Origin: an uncultured Nitrososphaeraceae archaeon
Lineage (GTDB): Archaea; Thermoproteota; Nitrososphaeria; Nitrososphaerales; Nitrososphaeraceae
Reading direction: 5' to 3'
Assembly: GCA_963765895.1 (NCBI GenBank)
Contig: CAVXZB010000019.1
Coordinates: 352,001-416,000, forward strand
DNA: 64,000 nucleotides
The notes under the pieces were generated by a model. It did not search any database, was not told the DNA's origin, and saw only the letters and a program-made list of their open reading frames with translations. A program made the translations under genes and the position numbers. Shown here piece by piece: positions 42,798-53,305 of the stretch (position 1 is the stretch's first letter; every line of letters starts with the position of its first letter).

Positions 42798-43946
42798 TTG
42801 ACTAAATGTATTGCCTTTCACTCCTATAAAGGTGGTACTGGCAAGACGACAATAGGGGCTAATTTTGCAGCATCCCTTACAAAGGAAGGCTACAAGGTTT
42901 CCTTAATTGATCTTGACGTTTATGCTCCAAGCCTTCAGTCCTATTTTGACGTGGAACCAGAGAAATCGATTAATGATTATCTCTATTCAAATGCGGAAGT
43001 AGAGGATGTTATGGTCGATATGACATCTCTTGTGAATAATTCATTCTCAAATGTGACAGGTTCGCATAAACCCGGGTTAGAGCCAAAAGATCCTTCAAAT
43101 TCAAAAACAGAAAAGGGCAGCCCTTATTCTCTACCTGATACCACTTCTAGTAGCGAAGTCGGATCGCAAAGATCAAACTCTGATTCATTCGAGAGGTCTA
43201 AGAAATCCGGAAAGCTATGGGTAGGGTTTTGTAGTACCAGAAAGGAAGATATTTTTAAACTGGAAGGGGGAGTAAATGAGAACATGAGGCGCCAGTTCCT
43301 TAAGCGGTTTATCTTACTGCGGGAGCAATTGATCTCCAGTTATGATTCTGATTACATAATCATAGATACTAGTCCTGGAATTAGATACTGGTCGATAAAT
43401 GCCTTGGCTGTTGCTGATATATTATTCTTGACACTGAAAATGGGAGATCTCGATATTGAAGGTACTAAAAAAATAGTAGACGAGATTTATACATCATTTA
43501 CAAAATTCGGTACTAGGTCTTTTCTTCTCCTTAACAGGGTTTCCGGTTATTGTGTACCACATACCTTACCACAGTATAGCGGTGGCTCTGAAACACATGC
43601 CACTGGGCAATTTTCAGATTCAGATGTTTTTTCAACTTTTGAATTCTTGCCGAAAGGCACTAGGGACAAAAGTATTCCCACTCGAAATGTAAAAACTGAG
43701 TCCGATTCCGTAGGTCATTTAGGTTTAAATGCAAACATTTCAAGTCAGATGCCAGGGAGTCATACCGACCTATCTAAGATGCTTTCTGAGGAATTAAGAA
43801 TGAATGTAATTTCTTCAGTCCCATGTTATTGTGATATCCAATTCGTCAGAAAGGAATTCCTGACGGCGTTACAATTTCCAGAGCACCCATTTGCAATCAA
43901 GATACAAGAGCTTATTAATAACATGGAACGTTTAGCCCAGAGATAA
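42798..43946 (+). CDS. MinD/ParA-family ATPase with two low-complexity insertions
   Basis: KGGTGKTT deviant Walker A, IDLDVYAP, IIDTSPG, LLNRV. Confidence 0.88.
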   Translation: MTKCIAFHSYKGGTGKTTIGANFAASLTKEGYKVSLIDLDVYAPSLQSYFDVEPEKSINDYLYSNAEVEDVMVDMTSLVNNSFSNVTGSHKPGLEPKDPSNSKTEKGSPYSLPDTTSSSEVGSQRSNSDSFERSKKSGKLWVGFCSTRKEDIFKLEGGVNENMRRQFLKRFILLREQLISSYDSDYIIIDTSPGIRYWSINALAVADILFLTLKMGDLDIEGTKKIVDEIYTSFTKFGTRSFLLLNRVSGYCVPHTLPQYSGGSETHATGQFSDSDVFSTFEFLPKGTRDKSIPTRNVKTESDSVGHLGLNANISSQMPGSHTDLSKMLSEELRMNVISSVPCYCDIQFVRKEFLTALQFPEHPFAIKIQELINNMERLAQR

Positions 43947-44049
43947 GTAAGTACCATGCTCCCCCCGCATATCTACATTCAATTGGTCTTTTGTGGATTG
44001 TCATCACTTAAATTGAATTTCGGGCTATGGTTACTATATTTTGGGAATG

Positions 44050-44433
44050 TTATTGAGGATTCGCAAGCTCTAGATTTATCCTTCTTATTAAGTCGCTCAT
44101 TTGGATGGGCTTTTTGAGGAAGCATGTTTGATCAGGCGATGAAAAAACTTCTCTCAAGGCATGATAGTTAATCTCATAAGCTGTAATAAAGCATACCTTT
44201 GGTCTAGGATCTATCTTATGTAGATGTTCAAACAATTCAAATCCGTCAATTTGTGGCATTCTTATGTCTATAATTAAGAGGTCGTAGTGTTCAGCCTTGA
44301 AATTTGAAATCGCGGTACTGGGATCTGTGTACTGGTCTACATCAAAACCCGCATCCTCTAACGAAACCTTGAACGATGCGACTACATCCGGTTCGTCATC
44401 AACAACAAGTATTCTCCTTCTAATTCTGGCCAA
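44050..44433 (-). CDS. Stand-alone response regulator receiver protein
   Basis: LVVDDEPD, DIRMP, FITA, KKP. Confidence 0.92.
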   Translation of the reverse strand: MARIRRRILVVDDEPDVVASFKVSLEDAGFDVDQYTDPSTAISNFKAEHYDLLIIDIRMPQIDGFELFEHLHKIDPRPKVCFITAYEINYHALREVFSSPDQTCFLKKPIQMSDLIRRINLELANPQ

Positions 44434-44881
44434 AGTAAATTAGATCCCACCATCGTAATATTCGTTTTTGTCAATTGATTCGATTGGGCACCTATAGCTA
44501 TAAGAACCGTAAAATATATGCCCCAGATTAATCAACTTTGTCCTATATCCAAGATTGCATGAGGTGTATTTATTTCGAATCTTGTACATCTGCCTTCACT
44601 ATCTCTATCTAAATTTTAAGGATACACATATTTATGATTTATAGCAACTCAATAGTAAAGAATAATAGGTTTTATATATTACGAGCTCAGACAGTCGATA
44701 CAGAGTGAAATCGGAAGTCCAAATATTCTGCTAATTATTCATATCGACTTGTATGTTATTGTTTCTTCGAGGCCATAAAAATCAGGTTGGCATCAAAATT
44801 CCGACAGCCTTATCTTGAAGGCTATCTGACGAATAATTAAATTTTTATACTGCAGTCTTGCGTAGATCTTAACCTTTGCCC

Positions 44882-45031
44882 ATGAAACACGAGAGACGCA
44901 TAGGAGAAGCTATAATGATATTGTCAGGCATAGCGATTTCTATCGGCGCGAACGCAATTGGCGTCATACCCGTAGTGTACGGCGGGTTAGCAATAATGGG
45001 TCTAGGAGTGATATCCGTATTCTGGAGATAA
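44882..45031 (+). CDS. 49-aa two-TM membrane peptide (not in ORF track)
   Basis: MKHERRIGEAIMILSGIAISIGANAIGVIPVVYGGLAIMGLGVISVFWR. Confidence 0.6.
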   Translation: MKHERRIGEAIMILSGIAISIGANAIGVIPVVYGGLAIMGLGVISVFWR

Positions 45032-45122
45032 ATTATTGAGCTCTGAAATACGTGAGGTTATCTCCTTATAGGTAGGCATCATATTATGGTGTAAAGGGTG
45101 TAACTATAGCCTCTGTTTTTGT

Positions 45123-46608
45123 TTAAAAGATTATTTCAAAGTGTTGCCCTATAAGATTACAAAATTCAGTTTGAGATCGTGATGCAAGAGTTTGCAATTC
45201 TCCCTGCCTATCAGATAGCTCGGATTCGAGTAATCCCAGCTTCTTCTTTTTTTCACTAATGGACATCTTATCCAGTTCAATATCATCCTTAATCATAGTT
45301 ATCTTCTGCAACATTGGAGAACCATCTCTCTGCTCTTTCAGAATGTGCTTTCTGGCACGTATAGCCTCGAGTCTGGAATTAAAACCCGGCAAAAATTCAA
45401 GGATCTGCTTTAGATAATAGCTCGACTTTCTCAGAGTCCTTAAGATCTATCTTTCCTTTTGCGATCGAAGAGTAGATCTCGTGAAGGATTGGGAGGTATT
45501 GGAAGAAATCATTGGTTTGGTCATCATTACTCTGTTCTTCTGGCGCTCGGTATTCTGGGGAAAGTGTTCGTCCGTTGCTAGCTTGCTCGTGCAACAACAA
45601 ATCACCATGATAAAAAATTTTCCATGGCTCATTGGCCATAGTTTGAAGTTTTATAAATAAGTCTTTTTTAACAGGCAGACCATAGGAGTACTTAGTAATG
45701 GCTCTGTTAACGTGTCCGAATAAATCTATTGTTTGTCGGCGAATTTCCTGCTCCTCATTTTCGAGCTGTCTAGACTCATTCTCAATTGCTAATATCTCGA
45801 TATATTCTTTGGTAGATTCGAGATGACGAAGTTCATTGACATGAACATCAACTTTATCCCGCAAAACCTTGATTTCTGAGCCAATATTGTCTACTGCATT
45901 GCGAGCATTCTTGATCAAATTAATCTGCTCAGAAAGAGAAGTCAACAAGGCTTCCGTGTTTGTGAGCGATCCCTTAAACTTTTGATACTCGGTTACCTTT
46001 GATTTGCATTTTCTGGACAAATTAGAAACGGTGTTAGATTCACTCTGTAGTTTGGAGGCATATTTTTTCACAAATGCATTGAGAACTCTGCTATGGGAAC
46101 CACTCAGAGCACTAAATCTATTGACTATTGATTCCAATCTGGCGTCAAACTTCATGACATCCTCCAGCGTAGATATTGAGATGATTTCTGACGTTGATTC
46201 TTTTCTCAACGAAGAGACTATAGTTCTTCTGGAATTCTCAACAATTGATTCAAAGCGTGGCTCCTCAACTTTAATATTTTCTTTTTCAAGATCGTCTGCT
46301 ATCTTTTCGGTATTTTTTAATAATTTCTCAACAGACAATTTTATTGGCATTAGCCCCTCTACCAAGTCCTTAACTTTCATCTCCCCCTGCGAACGTAAAA
46401 GAGCCGCTGCATCTGGAATTGTAATCTCCCTGCCATTCTCATTTACATTGGCTTGTGTGATGCGAGGACTCTCCGAACTACGCGCATCACCAGTAACATT
46501 CATATCATCAGCATTTTTAAGTTTGTTACCATTAACTTCAGTGCCATAGGTTGGGATATCGATTTTAACCTTACTTTTCTTCTTCAAAAAGTCAAAAAGC
46601 GGAACCAA
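45123..46608 (-). CDS. Long coiled-coil protein; apparent +1 frameshift at 45423
   Basis: Two co-linear helical ORFs joined as EKVSYYLKQILEFLPG on removing C45423. Confidence 0.75.
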
Positions 46609-46823
46609 GATAACTCTTCCTTATGGGTACAGTAACAAAACTGTTTCTAAATCTCCTATAGAAGGAACTTAACCGGCAAGAAAATCTTGTCGTTCTAAAA
46701 AGTTTAGATCTGTATCTACTAAGAGGCTGACAAAATCGGATTCAGTTGCGCGCAAGGCATTCTAGTTGAGTAGTCATTTATTCGTATAGTCTATTTAAAT
46801 CAGGCTGAATTATTAGTTCTAAT

Positions 46824-47804
46824 TTGTCAGATATATATATATTTGGCGGGTCATGCTCATTTTTTAGGTTATTAACTACGGCTCAGATATTGAAGGCAGA
46901 ACTTCATTGTCATAATATATATTCGAATTATAGAAACAATTCGGACAGGATCCCTTTTGATTGTGGCGTCAGTATTCAGGAACAACTTGAAAGCGTTTTA
47001 GCCCAGGGGATAAATGTGTTGTTCGTTACAAATCATAATACACTTGATGGTTACCGCCAAATGTTGGAATATCAGCAGAATCACGAGAAGTTTAACGGAA
47101 TTAGGATTTATCCCGCACAGGAAGTTACTCTAAATAACCTAGGACATGTCTTAGCATACGGTATCAACAGGGAAATAAAAAGCGGAATGAGCCTTGAAGA
47201 AACATTGGACGAAATTAAATCACAAGGCGCAATCTCATGTGCCGCTCACCCATTTGCAGTATCGAACGGTATCCGCGACAGGGCCAGGATGTGCGATTTG
47301 ATCGAGTCGTTTAACAGTAATAATGTTGATATCTTTTCCAACATCGTGGCCGAAAAATTTTCAAAGGACAATAATATTATATCCATATCGGGCAGCGATT
47401 CGCATGTCGCCTCTACTATAGGAAGATGCATTAACATCCTTGAATCGGATAACAATATCGATTCGGTTCTGGCTGGAATGCGCAAGGGCCGATTTAGAGA
47501 TGCACGCGCCAAATATGCAACCAAAGAGGAGCTCTATGAACATGCTCGATATGTTCTAGCTAGCTCAAAAGAATCCTTGCTTGATTACTCTTTAAACCAC
47601 TATCCAAAGGCATATAAGGCCGTTCGGTGGGCGCTTAATTCTTTCATTTCGGCGCACCACGACAGGTTTTGGCGATCAATAGCTTCATTCTCGCTATACT
47701 TAACTAAGCGAGCGTCTATGAAAGTAAACATGAAGGGACATGACCCGAATGTATTTGAAAATAGATCATGGAAAAAGTTAATTTCCATGAGTTTGGTTCC
47801 ATGA
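46824..47804 (+). CDS. PHP-domain metallophosphoesterase
   Basis: ELHCH, TNHN, QEV, GHVL, AAHPF, SGSDSH. Confidence 0.9.
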   Translation: MSDIYIFGGSCSFFRLLTTAQILKAELHCHNIYSNYRNNSDRIPFDCGVSIQEQLESVLAQGINVLFVTNHNTLDGYRQMLEYQQNHEKFNGIRIYPAQEVTLNNLGHVLAYGINREIKSGMSLEETLDEIKSQGAISCAAHPFAVSNGIRDRARMCDLIESFNSNNVDIFSNIVAEKFSKDNNIISISGSDSHVASTIGRCINILESDNNIDSVLAGMRKGRFRDARAKYATKEELYEHARYVLASSKESLLDYSLNHYPKAYKAVRWALNSFISAHHDRFWRSIASFSLYLTKRASMKVNMKGHDPNVFENRSWKKLISMSLVP

Positions 47805-48163
47805 GGACAGGCCATTGATTCAGGCTGAACCAAAAAAGTGGCCTTCAAAAACTCTATCTCCAGGCCAACACATTTTGTTCTTTTATCGTGATTGATCTGT
47901 GTTTTTGCCAAGCGATTGCTTCTTGATTTGCCTATCGCCAATCAGTAATTTCGTAACTACAAGTAAGCCAAAGACTGGGAATATACCTATGAACAAGTAA
48001 GGGAAAACCGCCAACAGAATAGAGGGTTCAAATATTCCCAATTCTAAATTTACTCCTTATACATTTATACGAGTTTACGTGGGCCAAATACAAAATATAT
48101 ATTTTATCGATTGCTACCGCTATCTGGTTCGAGATATACTAGAAAAGGGTCAAGTTAAACCGC

Positions 48164-49918
48164 TTACCAATAACTTACTTTTATCTTCTCAATTGCTCTT
48201 TCGTGCTCTGGGCCCAATCTTCTTGCAAATCTTTCCATTGCAGTTAAAGGAACTCCGCCTAGGCTTCTCGCCAATCCGGCAAAAAATAGGTTCTTAGCTG
48301 CATTCTGCCGTCCAATCTTACGCATAAACCTTTGAATTCCATATTTGAAGTTGTGCTGCCAGGTCTTATACATAACACCTAGTTTTCCTGGATCCATTGT
48401 ATTGCCTATATCAAAGAATTCGGACTTTTCGAGGAGTCCGATGGGTACGAATGTCAAAGGGGTGACTGTAAATTTTGAATCTGGCTGTTCAATCTCAAGA
48501 TCGTGAATGAGACGTATAGTCTCCCAACTATCTTCCGCGGTTTCGTCGTTATCAAGACCCATAATAAGCGTGAAAGCAGGCACCCAATAATTATCATTAA
48601 ACGTTTTGATTCCAGTCTTGACTACCCAATGCCATTCTTCTGGTCGGAACGGAGCTAGCTTTCTGTCGGCATACTTGCCAATGAGCCTAATGCTTCCAGT
48701 TTCAAAACCACACTGAATTCCGATGTGGTTATCCGGTCCGGCTCTAATGATCTTAGAAATATTTGGGATCAGTCTTTCATCGGCGATTGCCCCAGCTAAA
48801 GTACCATGAGTGGGATTTGTATGTTCTATGCCTGTGTCCATAATGCCCCTAAATAGGTCCTCCAATGCTTCTCTATTAGGCTGCATATTCTTTGTAGTCC
48901 TTGGATTAAGTCCATAAACAAATATGTCATCGCTCTGAATCCAAGCACTCTTAATACCCCCATATTTCATATTTATTTCAATTTCCTTTTGGACCTTCTC
49001 GACTGGATAATATCTCAGCGGTCTCAACGTTACGTCACAGAATTTACACCCTCTTCCGCAGCCTCTCATCACTTCTACCATACCGTGCATGCTTGGATTT
49101 ACTATGGTTGGTATCTCGTCCATCTTCGGTTCGTCACCGTAATGAATGAATCTCCCATAATGTCTCGATTCATCACCTCTTGCAAATTCTTTTATCTCCA
49201 CTTTAAATTCGGATTTCTTAAATGGGTTCGAATTCTCCAATTCACCGTTAATTACTGCATCAAAAAATCTGGCGCCTGGCCCATCTAATTCAGGACCTAT
49301 TCCACCCATATCACCTTCTACTATGCCGTAAATACCATATTCTTCAATCTTCGCCGGATCATAATTATACTGCCAAGTCCCCGATGCTCCAGCAATCACT
49401 TTTGCCTTACTACCACTTTTCTCTTTGGCTGCTTTGATTCTCAAATGAAGCTCTCTACAATAGAATTCGTCGTAAGACATATGTTTTCTACCATATGTAA
49501 ATGTCATAGTAACAGGACCCATGCCAAGTGGATCCATTTCATATGTTCCGACTACCTCAGTTTCCGGTCCTATGAACCTCTCAATATGCTCAGGGTGAGC
49601 AACTACCACATCTTCTGGTTTATATCCATCCCTAAGAAGAGCCGACTCCACCTTCCTTAATCCATATGGGGCATAAGCCACAATTCCATTTTTATGCTCG
49701 ATAGGATTACATATAAAATCGAAAAGCAACCTCGGGGTCACTTGCTGACCTAGTACTTTATACCAAAATGTTCCATGATCTCTATTTATATCTAAGGCTG
49801 GCGCACAGCCGAAAAATGAAGCTAGCGAAATTCCCCTATAGGGTGACATTAATGTTCTGTCTGCTGTTAGTACTATCTTTGGATACTTCATTATTAAAAC
49901 TCTAGACGCTCTAACCAT
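48164..49918 (-). CDS. B12-binding radical SAM protein, GDGT ring synthase (Grs)-like
   Basis: IVLTADRTLMS, APYGLRKVESAL, MDPLGMGP, RGCGRGCKFC, GFETGS. Confidence 0.8.
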   Translation of the reverse strand: MVRASRVLIMKYPKIVLTADRTLMSPYRGISLASFFGCAPALDINRDHGTFWYKVLGQQVTPRLLFDFICNPIEHKNGIVAYAPYGLRKVESALLRDGYKPEDVVVAHPEHIERFIGPETEVVGTYEMDPLGMGPVTMTFTYGRKHMSYDEFYCRELHLRIKAAKEKSGSKAKVIAGASGTWQYNYDPAKIEEYGIYGIVEGDMGGIGPELDGPGARFFDAVINGELENSNPFKKSEFKVEIKEFARGDESRHYGRFIHYGDEPKMDEIPTIVNPSMHGMVEVMRGCGRGCKFCDVTLRPLRYYPVEKVQKEIEINMKYGGIKSAWIQSDDIFVYGLNPRTTKNMQPNREALEDLFRGIMDTGIEHTNPTHGTLAGAIADERLIPNISKIIRAGPDNHIGIQCGFETGSIRLIGKYADRKLAPFRPEEWHWVVKTGIKTFNDNYWVPAFTLIMGLDNDETAEDSWETIRLIHDLEIEQPDSKFTVTPLTFVPIGLLEKSEFFDIGNTMDPGKLGVMYKTWQHNFKYGIQRFMRKIGRQNAAKNLFFAGLARSLGGVPLTAMERFARRLGPEHERAIEKIKVSYW

Positions 49919-50104
49919 ATGCTTTCATATTGGAAGGATATTAAGTTTTTCAATTTTGACTGAGGTCTTCGCAAGTTCACAATTGGCTCTGGTGAATGTT
50001 CAAATTATCCCACTTTGAGAACAACTACTTGATAGTATCAGGAGCGAAACCCAAAATATGCTAGATAAACGAATAGGATACAAGTAGCAAGAGTGACTCG
50101 ACAC

Positions 50105-50272
50105 TCACTTCTTTGCACCCAGTGATCTGTTTTTCAACCTTAAGCGTGTTCCTCGACATTTTCGACATCTCAGAGCCGAAATCGGGTTTCTTCCTCCACA
50201 TTTGAAGCATATTTTAAAGAATAGTCTCCGTTGTTGTGCTATCTGTTTTTTTGCAGGATCTGTAATTGGCAT
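50105..50272 (-). CDS. rpl40e: 50S ribosomal protein L40e (55 aa, not in ORF track)
   Basis: MPITDPAKKQIAQQRRLFFKICFKCGGRNPISALRCRKCRGTRLRLKNRSLGAKK. Confidence 0.96.
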   Translation of the reverse strand: MPITDPAKKQIAQQRRLFFKICFKCGGRNPISALRCRKCRGTRLRLKNRSLGAKK

Positions 50273-50753
50273 GATCTTAATCTGTGATCTTCGCAGGAAG
50301 ATTTTTACTTTTCTATGTCCTTCTTTTGATTAAGCATATATACGAACTTAAAGCCTACAAGACCGAATGAAATTCATATTGGCTGAAAAGTAAACATGGA
50401 AATTGTGAATCTGGTTAGAAATATCTCCGTTTTATAGGATCAGAATTTTACTAATTATTCCTCGATCTGGAATCTATCTAGAAGGTCAGACAATTAATGA
50501 TTCGAATCAAATGGAAACACAAGAACCCTGTCGTGACGAGATAATCGATGCCTTTGGTTGCTATGCTGGCCATGTCTGTTTACTGGAAATTCTCAACAAT
50601 TCGATTGAGCAGGATGCTGAACTTAACTTTGTTGCTTTATGTGTTTGTTCTAACTATTGATTCAATTATTTGTGCTACTTATTTCTATTTATGAGTTTAG
50701 TTTAATTGATTTCGAAATTTAGAGAGGTAACAATTGGTCGCTGACTCTTGCTA

Positions 50754-51056
50754 TCATAACTTTATCATAAGCCTTATTTGCCTAGGCTGACAGCCTAATG
50801 TTATTGTTGAGTTTAGAGTAAACGATTTTGTTGAATGTTTCCATGGAATCATTTTAATTTTCAGACGGTGGTTATACTGTTCTGGATTTTTCAAGACTGC
50901 ATGCAATCCTAGTACCTTTAACTTAAAAACGGCAGGTTTTTGAGCCCCACCATAATCCGAGATAACCGCCTTCGGACCAATCTGAAAGTCATACTCGTGG
51001 ATCTGTCCTGCCCTTAACGTGCCTGGGACGTTTATAAAATGAAAATGGGCGTCCAT
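50754..51056 (-). CDS. Hypothetical protein
   Basis: 100-aa ATG ORF; no motif recognised. Confidence 0.4.
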   Translation of the reverse strand: MDAHFHFINVPGTLRAGQIHEYDFQIGPKAVISDYGGAQKPAVFKLKVLGLHAVLKNPEQYNHRLKIKMIPWKHSTKSFTLNSTITLGCQPRQIRLMIKL

Positions 51057-51349
51057 ATTTTATTAGTGATGCGTACTCCTACCAGTCAATCTAGCTTATC
51101 TCTAATACCGAGCAAAGGCTACGAATACTATCAATTAGCTTTTGTATCGATTGGAGCAATCATGTCTTTTGTATTATGCCCTCCAGCATAGAATAAAGCC
51201 TTCACTTGACTGGTTGTACTAATGTATCTGAATAATTAAATCAAAGTATAAATATGGGTATAAAAATATGGAAGAATCTAGCATATCTATTAATATCATA
51301 CTAAACCTATGCATTTCTGTGTCACTATTCGTAAGATATATTTGTAAGC

Positions 51350-51541
51350 ATGGACCCTCTTTCGCGCACTGCTATGACTAAACAGAGTGCAGTTTGCACT
51401 ATGTGCGGGAAAAGCTTTACGGATAGTACAAAAATTCTAACCAGGAATATATGTGGAAAATTTGTTGAATTCGATTCTGTCGACTGCGCAGGTATTTACG
51501 AGCGCTTACATAGTGTATATGGAAATTCCATTGAAATATAA
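51350..51541 (+). CDS. TRASH/YHS-like metal-binding micro-protein
   Basis: CTMCGK...I.G....FDSVDCA..Y.....YG. Confidence 0.7.
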   Translation: MDPLSRTAMTKQSAVCTMCGKSFTDSTKILTRNICGKFVEFDSVDCAGIYERLHSVYGNSIEI

Positions 51542-51978
51542 TACTATTCAGCGGACTCACAGCGCATTGTACCGACTATATGATGGACGTTATCCAAGCA
51601 ACTAATATCTCGAGATTTGCTAATCATGATGTTTCTGCGGGATAAATTTAACGAGCACTTGAGCCATTCTATCGGGGGTTCATGCATCCTGTGGAGAACG
51701 TATTTCAAAAGGGTGGAACTGTGCTGTGTGAGTTAACAAAAGATTTAAAAGCTCACTTTTTTGATAATAAACTGCGACTCCTGTAGCGAATCGCGTTTTT
51801 ATTAAAATGCATTTTACACTTCACCAAATGGAATAGTTAAGGACTTGGAAGCTTTCGTGAAACAATACAATGATTCCAATCATAATAAGCATAGCCTGTC
51901 CTGTATCGCCCGCTAAATAATCCATCTCTATATTAGTGAGAATCATAAATTGAAAGTCTTTATACCCAATGAAGTTAG

Positions 51979-53058
51979 CTAACGCGTAAGATTACCTTTC
52001 ACTGGGGCCGTCATCTCTGAATGAGACCCCGGATTGGATCTGGCTATCGATAGTGATGCTGCTGTTGATTCGGTCTGAACCGGATTCTGGAAAAAAGGTA
52101 GCATACCCCCGCCACCAAAGGAGTAAGGCATCTGTCCATTCCACTTATTAATTGCCTGCCATTGAAGATACTGAGGATCTTGTCTTAACTGCGATGTAAT
52201 AATTTTGATTGCTTGTGATTCTCCTCCTGCCTTAGCTACATTTGCCTTGGCTAGCGCCTGAGCTTGAACTACTGTCTGATTTGCAACAACGGTTATGGCT
52301 TTCAGGTTATTCTGTTCAGTCAAATATTTCTGGAACGCTACTACTTTTGACTCTATCTGGTTAGCGAAGGCTTCTGAAAATTGAAAGTCAGTTATAAAAA
52401 CTGTCTCAACGATTATGTCCCGTGCGGAGAGCGTATTTCTTATCGCCTCAGCAATGACTCCTTTCGCAATTTCCCGTTTTGTGATTAGCTCCTCAGCATC
52501 AAACTTTGCAACACTCGCTTTGACCGCTTCCTGAATTGTCGGTGCAATAATTCTATCAGCATAGTCCGAACCTAATTGTTGGTATATAGCGTTCGCGTCA
52601 CTCGGATTCAGATGATAATTAAGTGCTATAACTGTCTGCACCTGCTGTAGGTCATTAGATGCGGCCGAGGCTTCCGCTTGATATTTCAGAGTACCAACTT
52701 CTAGCTGTATAACCTGTTCAGCAAATGGAACTATAAAATGAATGCCCTCTCCCAAAACCCTATTCTCGACCGCACCTAGATTAAGAATAACTCCTCTATG
52801 TCCTGCCTGCACTATGACTACAGATTCAGACAAAAATATGATCACAACAATTAATGTGGCTGCTGCCGCTATAATCTTAAATCTATTATGAGTTAGCTGG
52901 TACAACCCTCTGGAGCCTGTAGAATTCGCATAATCGTAAGGAACTTCTCGAGTTGGAATATTTAGTCTCCTACGACGGTATATTGAGCGGAACACAACCG
53001 CACAAATAATCAATAGAACAATAGCAAATATCGCAATTGATGGATCTATAACTGTCAA
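51979..53058 (-). CDS. SPFH/prohibitin family membrane protein
   Basis: VQAGHRGV, LGEGIHF.VP, S.DLQ.V, F.AEELITKR, FQFS..F...IE.K, WNG.MP. Confidence 0.92.
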   Translation of the reverse strand: MTVIDPSIAIFAIVLLIICAVVFRSIYRRRRLNIPTREVPYDYANSTGSRGLYQLTHNRFKIIAAAATLIVVIIFLSESVVIVQAGHRGVILNLGAVENRVLGEGIHFIVPFAEQVIQLEVGTLKYQAEASAASNDLQQVQTVIALNYHLNPSDANAIYQQLGSDYADRIIAPTIQEAVKASVAKFDAEELITKREIAKGVIAEAIRNTLSARDIIVETVFITDFQFSEAFANQIESKVVAFQKYLTEQNNLKAITVVANQTVVQAQALAKANVAKAGGESQAIKIITSQLRQDPQYLQWQAINKWNGQMPYSFGGGGMLPFFQNPVQTESTAASLSIARSNPGSHSEMTAPVKGNLTR

Positions 53059-53305
53059 GCTTATAACAACAGTTTTAGTATATTATATTACGATTTAAAC
53101 CCTTGTTTTTATTCAACCATCAAATTTAAGTCCATTATATTGCATCACAGATTGCTAATCAAGTGGAAGTTCGACCATTAGGAGGATTCATTGTTCGAAG
53201 AGCGACCTATGGATCCTCATCTAAATGTAACATTACTATCTCATACAAACCAAAGTCAAGAATATATTCGATAAATTTAGATGCATTAGATCGCAATTGT
53301 AATCT

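Noticed and set aside
1190-49660. Many antisense or nested ORFs (e.g. 1190-1507, 19327-19824, 22532-22915, 46004-46549)
   Set aside because: They are shadows of well-supported genes on the opposite strand or in another frame.
50548-50694. 48-aa hydrophobic ORF
   Set aside because: Hydrophobicity is expected in T-rich DNA and a competing overlapping ORF exists, so support is insufficient.
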